Source of the DNA: Candidatus Minusculum obligatum
Lineage (GTDB): Bacteria; Patescibacteriota; Minisyncoccia; Phycocordibacterales; Phycocordibacteraceae
Direction of reading: 5' to 3'
Assembly (NCBI GenBank): GCA_002331145.1
Contig: DCYT01000002.1
Coordinates: 23,337 to 87,336, forward strand
Length of the DNA: 64,000 nucleotides
Both the position numbers and the translations under genes were made by a program. Within the stretch, counting starts at the first letter, position 1. Each line of letters opens with the position of its first letter. The notes below the pieces were generated by a model. It was not told the DNA's origin, did no database searches, and saw only the letters and a program-made list of their open reading frames with translations. Below are positions 1 to 6,281 of this stretch, in pieces.

Positions 1-1092
1 CTCTCTGAGCACGGGGCTCGAGAATGTCTTGAGATGATTCTAGATCTTGCGGGTGGGGAAGTTGTTGGCATGAGCCGAGCAGGATCTGAGCTCCCAGAGC
101 ATGCAAAGGTAGAGCTTTCAATTGAGCGAGCAAATAACTTACTGGGACTTTCTCTATCTCGAGATGAGGTGCTCGATATTCTAAAGCGTATTGGAGCATC
201 TTACGATGGAGAAGATACTCTTACCGTTGAGATTCCTCATGAAAGGGTAGATTTACGTATTGAAGAAGATCTAATCGAGGAGATTGGAAGATTGTACGGA
301 TATGACAAACTTCCTGAGATGGATCTTCCTGCAGCTGATGCGCCAGAGGCACATAAAACATTTTTGGTATTTGAGATAATTCGGGACCTTCTAACAAAAG
401 AAGGGTTCTCTGAAATATATGGATACTCTCTAAGAGATAAAGGAGAAGAGAAGCTTCTTAATGCTCTTAATACAGAGAAGAGCTACATGCGAGTAAATCT
501 AAGTGATGGGCTCGAGGAAGCTATTATTTTAAATAAAAACAACTTACCCCTTCTTGGAAAAGAGCATGTAGATATATTTGAAATTGGAAATGTATTTGGG
601 AAGGACGAGAAGACGCACTTTGGTATTGCCACAAGCAGAAAAAAGAAAGAAAAGATTTTTGAAGAGATTCTAGGAAAACTTGAAGAAGTTCTTGGTGTGA
701 AAGTGGAGGGGAAAATAAATCAGAATGTTTTTGAAGCAGATCTAACTTCTGTTATTGAAAAGGTTGATGCTAAAGACCTTCCAGAGTATTCAGCGCCTGA
801 TGTTCAGTTTGCTATTCCATCGGCTTATCCATTTGCACTTCGAGATGTTGCGGTATGGACCCCAGAGGGAACAACAGAAGAATCTGTAAGAGCGCTTATA
901 GAAGATGAGGCAGGAGAGCTGTTATATCGAATTGATCTATTTGATGAATTTAGTAAAGACGGGCGAACATCATATGGATACCATCTAGTATTCCAGTCTG
1001 ATACTGAGACGCTCAAGGATGAAGAGGTAAACACCATTATGGATAGAGTGTACGAGATGTTGAAGGGTCAAGAAGGGTTTGAGATTCGGTAG
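1..1092 (+). CDS. pheT: Phenylalanine--tRNA ligase beta subunit, C-terminal part. The reading frame is open from base 1, so the 5' end lies upstream of the window.
   Basis: The frame is open from position 1 with no upstream stop. A B5-like segment (ERANNLLGLSLSRDEVLDILKRIG) is followed by a C-terminal FDX-ACB-like domain (AIPSAYPFALRDVAVWTPEG...YGYHLVFQSDTETL). Stop codon TAG at 1090-1092. Confidence 0.85.
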   Translation, partial: LSEHGARECLEMILDLAGGEVVGMSRAGSELPEHAKVELSIERANNLLGLSLSRDEVLDILKRIGASYDGEDTLTVEIPHERVDLRIEEDLIEEIGRLYGYDKLPEMDLPAADAPEAHKTFLVFEIIRDLLTKEGFSEIYGYSLRDKGEEKLLNALNTEKSYMRVNLSDGLEEAIILNKNNLPLLGKEHVDIFEIGNVFGKDEKTHFGIATSRKKKEKIFEEILGKLEEVLGVKVEGKINQNVFEADLTSVIEKVDAKDLPEYSAPDVQFAIPSAYPFALRDVAVWTPEGTTEESVRALIEDEAGELLYRIDLFDEFSKDGRTSYGYHLVFQSDTETLKDEEVNTIMDRVYEMLKGQEGFEIR

Positions 1093-1149
1093 TTGTTTAA
1101 AGGAGTTACTTCTGATACCTTCGAGATAGGAAACAGAAAGGATTGTGTC

Positions 1150-1443
1150 ATGCACACGATTTGCAACACAACGATTCTCAAAGGAGAGGTCGAAGGGCTT
1201 TGTCTTGCACACAAAGAACATAAACTTCTTCCTCCAGATATTCGCAGGTGGCTGAAAGAAATTGAGGATCGAATTTCTCCTTCAGTTTGGTCTTTGATCC
1301 AGGAGTATGGTCAGGATTCTGAGAATAATATTTTCTCTTTACCTTGGGTTCCAACCTCAACCACGGTAGACAAAAGGCTGCAGGCTCTGTATGCATTTTG
1401 TTTGCGTGTCTGGTACCGTGACCACGCAGAAAGAGTTCATTAA
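1150..1443 (+). CDS. Hypothetical protein of about 97 aa. The ORF track opens it at a TTG at 1093; an ATG at 1150 preceded by aaagga is the more likely start.
   Basis: ORF between pheT and gyrB. AAAGGA lies 6 nt upstream of ATG 1150. No recognisable domain. A strong hairpin follows the stop. Confidence 0.3.
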   Translation: MHTICNTTILKGEVEGLCLAHKEHKLLPPDIRRWLKEIEDRISPSVWSLIQEYGQDSENNIFSLPWVPTSTTVDKRLQALYAFCLRVWYRDHAERVH

Positions 1444-1446
1444 ATT

Positions 1447-1476
1447 ATGCGCGCAGATATTGCTATCTGCGCGCAT
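1447..1476 (+). terminator. Perfect inverted repeat with 13-bp arms (atgcgcgcagata-ttgc-tatctgcgcgcat) immediately after the stop of the small ORF. Candidate intrinsic terminator for the pheT transcription unit.
   Basis: GC-rich perfect 13-bp stem with a 4-nt loop, followed by tcttcagtt (weak U tract). Located upstream of gyrB. Confidence 0.4.
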
Positions 1477-1543
1477 TCTTCAGTTAATAACACCTGTTAA
1501 ACCGATAGTATTTATGCTAAAATACAGCTAACTAACAGGATAT

Positions 1544-3571
1544 ATGGCAAAAGGTAAGCAAGAAACAAAAGGCAGCTATGGCGCCAAGGATATTACTGTT
1601 CTCGAGGGGCTAGAGCCAGTACGAAAGCGTCCAGGTATGTACATTGGTACAACTGGTCCTGATGGACTTCATCACCTTATTTGGGAGGTTTTTGATAACT
1701 CTCGGGATGAGGCAATGGCAAATGAGGCGGATGATATTGAAGTTACACTTCTTCCAGATTCTACTATTCGTGTAGTTGATAACGGGCGAGGTATTCCTGT
1801 AGACAAGCATCCAAAGACAAAAGTTTCAGCTCTTGAAACTATTATGACGACACTCCATGCGGGAGGTAAGTTCGGTGGTGAAGGATACAAAGTGTCAGGA
1901 GGGCTTCATGGAGTGGGAGTGTCTGTAGTTAACGCGCTTTCAACAATGACGCGTGCTGAGGTGCACAAAGATGGAGATGTGCACATGCAGGAGTACAACA
2001 TTGGAAAAGCAAAGGCTGCAGTAAAGAAAGTTGGGAAGAGCAAAAATCGAGGAACGGTAATTACATTCCGAGCAGACGATACTATTTTTGAAACAGTTGA
2101 ATATTCTTGGGACAAGATCGTATCGCACCTTCGGCAGCAAGCATACCTTGTAAAAGGAACACGTATTTCAGTATTAGATGCACGAGAGACTAAAGATCTT
2201 GATCTTAAGAATGTTTTCTACCTTCGAGATCTTGGTCTTGAGATGCCATCACAGTCTTTTTACTTTGAGGAGGGACTGAGGTCTCTTATTGGTTTCCGAA
2301 ACCAATATCAGACTCCAGTACACAAAAATATTTTCTATATTGATCGATCTGTTGAGGATGTGCAGGTTGAAGTTGCACTTCAGTATGTAGATGACATCTC
2401 ATCACGACTTACTGCCTTTGCGAACAATACCTACAACCCAGAAGGAGGTACGCACGTAACAGGATTCAAGACTGCACTTACGCGAACACTAAACGCGTAC
2501 GCAAAGAAGAATAACCTCATGAAGGATGAGACCTTCACAGGAGACGATGTGCTTGAGGGTATTACTGCTGTTATCTCAGTAAAGCTTCCAGAGATTCAGT
2601 TTGAGGGACAGACAAAGGCAAAGCTTGGATCAGTTGAAGCTCGTGGTGCGGTAGAGACAGTGTTTGGAGAAGGGTTCTCAGATTTCCTAGAGGAGCACCC
2701 AGATGATGCAAAGCACATCATCTCTAAAATCACACTTGCCCTTAAGGCGCGAAAGGCTGCAAAAGCTGCTAAAGAGTCAGTGCTTCGAAAAGGAGCTCTC
2801 GAAGGAATGACACTTCCTGGAAAGCTTGCTGACTGTTCAAGCAAGAGCGCAGAGGATTCAGAGATCTTTATTGTAGAGGGAGACTCAGCGGGAGGATCTT
2901 CTAAGCAGGCGCGAGACAGGAAGACGCAAGCCATCCTTCCTCTTCGAGGAAAGATTCTAAATGTAGAGCGAGCGCGTATTGATCGAATGCTTGCCTCAGC
3001 TGAGATTAAAGCTCTTGTTATTGCTATGGGTACAGCAATTGGAGATGTATTTGATATTGAAAAACTTAGGTACCACAAGATTATTATCGCAACCGATGCC
3101 GATGTAGATGGAGCGCACATTCGTACGCTACTTCTTACTCTTTTCTATCGATACTTTAAGCCGGTAATTGAAGGAGGGTATTTGTATATTGCACAACCAC
3201 CACTCTATAAGATTCAGCAGGGGAAGAAGGTAAATTATGTATATACAGAAGAGGAGAAGGTAGAGCTTCTTGGAGAGGATGCTGATGTTGTAGAAGAGGA
3301 AGGAGGAGAGGAAGCTGAGGAGCAGGAAGCGGAAGAGACAGCAAAGAAATCACCAAAGGCTCGTATCCAGCGATACAAGGGACTTGGAGAGATGAACCCA
3401 GACGAGCTGTGGGAGACAACTATGGATCCTGAGAACAGGGTGTTGAAGCAAGTGACAATTGAAGATGCTGTTCAGGCGGACAAGATCTTCGACATTCTTA
3501 TGGGAACGGATGTTCCATCTCGAAAGAACTTTATTCAAACGAATGCAAAGCTTGCGAACGTAGACGTATAA
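1544..3571 (+). CDS. gyrB: DNA gyrase subunit B
   Basis: 675 aa. Canonical N-terminus (GLEPVRKRPGMYIGTTGPDGLHHLIWEVFDNSRDEAMA), a TOPRIM region (EGDSAGGS...ATDADVDGAHIRTLLLTLFY) and a C-terminal tail. Acidic insert EEEGGEEAEEQEAEE. Confidence 0.95.
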   Translation: MAKGKQETKGSYGAKDITVLEGLEPVRKRPGMYIGTTGPDGLHHLIWEVFDNSRDEAMANEADDIEVTLLPDSTIRVVDNGRGIPVDKHPKTKVSALETIMTTLHAGGKFGGEGYKVSGGLHGVGVSVVNALSTMTRAEVHKDGDVHMQEYNIGKAKAAVKKVGKSKNRGTVITFRADDTIFETVEYSWDKIVSHLRQQAYLVKGTRISVLDARETKDLDLKNVFYLRDLGLEMPSQSFYFEEGLRSLIGFRNQYQTPVHKNIFYIDRSVEDVQVEVALQYVDDISSRLTAFANNTYNPEGGTHVTGFKTALTRTLNAYAKKNNLMKDETFTGDDVLEGITAVISVKLPEIQFEGQTKAKLGSVEARGAVETVFGEGFSDFLEEHPDDAKHIISKITLALKARKAAKAAKESVLRKGALEGMTLPGKLADCSSKSAEDSEIFIVEGDSAGGSSKQARDRKTQAILPLRGKILNVERARIDRMLASAEIKALVIAMGTAIGDVFDIEKLRYHKIIIATDADVDGAHIRTLLLTLFYRYFKPVIEGGYLYIAQPPLYKIQQGKKVNYVYTEEEKVELLGEDADVVEEEGGEEAEEQEAEETAKKSPKARIQRYKGLGEMNPDELWETTMDPENRVLKQVTIEDAVQADKIFDILMGTDVPSRKNFIQTNAKLANVDV

Positions 3572-3572
3572 C

Positions 3573-3604
3573 AAAAGCGCCCCAGACGGGGCGCTTTTGT
3601 TATA
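3573..3604. terminator. Bidirectional intrinsic terminator between the convergent gyrB and the downstream minus-strand gene.
   Basis: aaaagcgcccc-agac-ggggcgctttt: an 11-bp stem with an A-run on one side and a T-run on the other. Sits right after the gyrB stop. Confidence 0.6.
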
Positions 3605-3619
3605 AGAGAATAGTAAGCG

Positions 3620-4366
3620 TTAGTTTGCTACGGTGATTTTTACAAATGCACCATTATTATCCTCAGCAGATTCAACAACTCCACTCTTGTGGTCAATTGC
3701 AACTGCAATCTGTAGATCAGTTCCAACCTTTGATCGGTCAAATCCGATTACGTACTCAATCTTTTCTCCAGGGAGAAGGTTCTGTACGTGCTCAGCTTTT
3801 CCTTCAAAGATGTAGGTTGTCTCAGTTGGCATTACAACATTGAATCGCCAATTAGTTCCTGTCTCTTTTGTTCCTTTATTCTCAACTGCAAACTTCACGG
3901 CAATTCGATCAGTTTTTGAAAGAGTTGATGTGGCAACAAAGTTATCTGCTGCATATCCACCAACAAGCTTTCCTGTTGCAAGAATAGTTGGCACAAGATC
4001 AGGAAGTCCGTTTGGATCTGATACTGGTGCTCCAGGATTCTGTTCAGTTACTTCTGTTGTTTCTCCTCCAGGTGTTGGAGTTACAGCAGGAGTCTCTACA
4101 ACAGGCTCCTCAACTTCCGGCTCAAGAACGATAGGGAAGTTGGTTGTTGGAGTTGTAGTGCTTGTCTCAACGACAATTACGTCTCCATCAGCTGGTACGA
4201 AGATGCTTGTTATACCTACGACAGCAGCTGAGAGTCCATTAACCGCACCGTTTACAACGGTAGGGATGAATCGAGCTGAATTTCCAGCAAGTACAACAGC
4301 AAGAGCAAGAAGGGTAATGAACCCAACTACTGCAAGACCATTGATTGCTGCGTTTTTTGTTTCCAT
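3620..4366 (-). CDS. Membrane-anchored secreted protein with an N-terminal TM helix, a Thr/Pro/Glu-rich linker and a C-terminal beta-rich adhesin-like (CARDB/DUF11-like) domain.
   Basis: N-terminal hydrophobic helix (LAVVGFITLLALAVVLAG), then a low-complexity linker (TSTTTPTTNFPIVLEPEVEEPVVETPAVTPTPGGETTEVTEQ), then a globular C-terminal domain (ENKGTKETGTNWRFNVV). Divergent from the sortase gene. Confidence 0.55.
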   Translation of the reverse strand: METKNAAINGLAVVGFITLLALAVVLAGNSARFIPTVVNGAVNGLSAAVVGITSIFVPADGDVIVVETSTTTPTTNFPIVLEPEVEEPVVETPAVTPTPGGETTEVTEQNPGAPVSDPNGLPDLVPTILATGKLVGGYAADNFVATSTLSKTDRIAVKFAVENKGTKETGTNWRFNVVMPTETTYIFEGKAEHVQNLLPGEKIEYVIGFDRSKVGTDLQIAVAIDHKSGVVESAEDNNGAFVKITVAN

Positions 4367-4449
4367 ATTGTTTACTAACGCTTACTAATAAGTGGCAGAT
4401 TTTTACCATAGACAGAGTCTAATGTCAAGCACAAGAGGAAGCGGTTCTC

Positions 4450-4478
4450 TTGACAAAAGAGTTCTTTTAGTGTACTAA
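4450..4478 (+). promoter_or_regulatory. Sigma-70-like promoter, TTGACA-17-TACTAA, directly abutting the first ATG of the sortase ORF. This implies a leaderless or very short-leader mRNA starting near 4485-4492.
   Basis: TTGACA at 4450-4455, a 17-nt spacer, TACTAA at 4473-4478. The first ATG is at 4480 and the second at 4492. Confidence 0.35.
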
Positions 4479-4491
4479 TATGCCAGTCAAT

Positions 4492-5172
4492 ATGACTGAG
4501 CGCAAGACAGTATTTGTACAGACAGTGCGAGTTATTCGCACAATCCTACGGAATAAGTGGAAATTCCTGGCAATTTTTGTAATTGCCTTTCTTACTTTTG
4601 TATGGATTCTTGGGCGTCTAGATTTGCTCCCAGAGCCAGACACTTCAAAGAGTCTAAGTACTATTACAATTTCAAAGGAAAAGAATTCTTTTCCTGCGGC
4701 AGCTGCAGTTGCACTAGCAAAAACAGCTGAAAAGCCAACTCGCGTTGTTATTGACTCAGTTGGTGTTGATGTTGAGGTAAATAATCCGTTTAAGACAGAT
4801 ATTGCCTCACTTGATAACTCACTACTCTCAGGAGCTGTGCGATATCCAACATCAGGAAAGCTTGGAGAGAATGGAAATGTTGTGATCTTTGGTCACAGTT
4901 CGTACCTTCCAGTTGTAAAGAATGAATACTTTAAGGCATTCAACGGACTTCAGAATCTAAAGCGTGGAGAGATTATTGAGGTGCATGGAGAAGGTCTTGT
5001 ATATGAGTATGAGGTAAGTCGTGTGTATGAGGCAGATGCCACAGATACACGGATTCCACTTACAAAAGATTCAAAGAAACTGACTCTTTCTACATGTAAT
5101 TCATTTGGTGATCTAAATGATCGACATGTGGTAGAGGCATATTTCGTGGGAAGCAAAAAGATTTCTTCGTAG
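4492..5172 (+). CDS. Sortase-family transpeptidase. The ORF track starts it at 4480; a start at 4492 is likelier given the promoter position.
   Basis: N-terminal TM anchor (FLAIFVIAFLTFVWILG), catalytic His in VVIFGHSSY, TLxTC Cys motif in LTLSTCNSFG, and a conserved Arg downstream. About 226 aa. Confidence 0.8.
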   Translation: MTERKTVFVQTVRVIRTILRNKWKFLAIFVIAFLTFVWILGRLDLLPEPDTSKSLSTITISKEKNSFPAAAAVALAKTAEKPTRVVIDSVGVDVEVNNPFKTDIASLDNSLLSGAVRYPTSGKLGENGNVVIFGHSSYLPVVKNEYFKAFNGLQNLKRGEIIEVHGEGLVYEYEVSRVYEADATDTRIPLTKDSKKLTLSTCNSFGDLNDRHVVEAYFVGSKKISS

Positions 5173-5246
5173 AAATTTCTTTGCTCTCTATGAGAGCGTG
5201 AACATTACAACCGTCGCTACGGCGACGCAACAGAGAGGAAAAGCCG

Positions 5247-6230
5247 ATGGTTATTCGAATCATCATTCTGGCTGCGTCGCTCATCTTCGGATCGGCGGCT
5301 CACGCTCAGACACCATGGACAAATTGGGGCTCAGCTCCATATGCGTCCAGTCAGGAAGAAGCTTTCGAGCTCCTGCCTGAAGCGCTTGTTGCGCTTGGGG
5401 TTCCGCAGGAACTTCACAGCGAATTCATTGATATGGTTTCCGAGAATCCGGATGGGGAAGAAATCTTCCTTGATCCGAATGATCGGCTCATCGCGATGAT
5501 GAGTGGGGGTGCAAACCCTCATGCCATGCATGACGTGCCTGTTGCAGCCATTCCGGTCAATGAGACTGGTACGGTTGTGCAGGCAGCGCGTGCGCGCAAA
5601 TGGGAGATTGAGTATGAAGGCGTCACGTACGTCCTCATCCTCCCGGAAATCTGTTTCAACTGGTCGTACAATACCTTCGAGGTTGAAGTACGAGAAGTTG
5701 AGGTGCCACCTCCTCCCGAGGAATGTGCCATTATCGTATTTCCGGCTCAAGAAGGCTGGGTTGTTCGAAACTTCTTCCTTGCGGAAGAGAGTCGACTGCC
5801 TGCTAGCAATTGCTGGGCACTGCTTGATGGCGTTGATCATGAAGATGGTGCACGTATAAGCTCCTTGCCTGGTCGTTGTGATAACTGCGATCTTGAGCCC
5901 TACTTGCGTTGGGCACGTCGTGAGCACGGTCTTCGTGGAAGTCCTGTGAACAGCGCTAAGTATGGCGCCGAACGTGGCAATGTGCATGCGGTAATCATTC
6001 CGATCTCGCAGATTGAAAACTACAATACGATCTGCGTGGGTCCAGATGAACAGCGCCAGCGCTATTCGCCGGTGACAGTCGAACCCAGTGATTGGGATTC
6101 GGCTCTCCGGGAAAACCCGTTCGCGATTGATTTGCCTCAAGGGCAAACAATTCTGATTACCCATCAAGTGAACATCGAGGGGCGGCACTTTGAGTCGCTT
6201 CCGCGACGTCGCACCTGGCTGTGGTGGTAG
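5247..6230 (+). CDS. Secreted hypothetical protein encoded in a GC-rich island of foreign composition (likely horizontally acquired).
   Basis: Sec-type signal peptide MVIRIIILAASLIFGSAAHA|QT. Codon usage is GC3-rich (ctg, gcg, ccg, cgt, ggc), unlike the aga/gga/ctt-rich flanking genes. SD-like gagga sits 9 nt upstream. No recognisable domain. The antisense ORF 5331..6188 is judged spurious. Confidence 0.55.
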   Translation: MVIRIIILAASLIFGSAAHAQTPWTNWGSAPYASSQEEAFELLPEALVALGVPQELHSEFIDMVSENPDGEEIFLDPNDRLIAMMSGGANPHAMHDVPVAAIPVNETGTVVQAARARKWEIEYEGVTYVLILPEICFNWSYNTFEVEVREVEVPPPPEECAIIVFPAQEGWVVRNFFLAEESRLPASNCWALLDGVDHEDGARISSLPGRCDNCDLEPYLRWARREHGLRGSPVNSAKYGAERGNVHAVIIPISQIENYNTICVGPDEQRQRYSPVTVEPSDWDSALRENPFAIDLPQGQTILITHQVNIEGRHFESLPRRRTWLWW

Positions 6231-6233
6231 GCA

Positions 6234-6277
6234 GTAGGAGAGTGCACTGCACTCTCCTACACACCTCTCTTTTTTAT
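6234..6277 (+). terminator. GC-rich hairpin plus T-tract terminating the GC-rich island gene.
   Basis: gtaggagagtgcactgcactctcctac is a near-perfect 12-13-bp stem. A ctcttttttat T-run lies 8 nt downstream. Confidence 0.45.
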
Positions 6278-6281
6278 ACTT

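Noticed and set aside
1093-1149. TTG start at 1093 for the small ORF after pheT
   Set aside because: No RBS. An ATG at 1150 with an upstream AAAGGA is more plausible, and the ORF itself is low-confidence.
3620-4366. LATG in the CARDB-like protein as a sortase motif
   Set aside because: It is not followed by a hydrophobic segment and charged tail. Probably coincidental.
5331-6188. 285-aa minus-strand ORF inside the GC-rich island
   Set aside because: Arg-rich and low-complexity, typical of antisense reading through high-GC DNA. The plus-strand ORF has a signal peptide, an SD and full island coverage.
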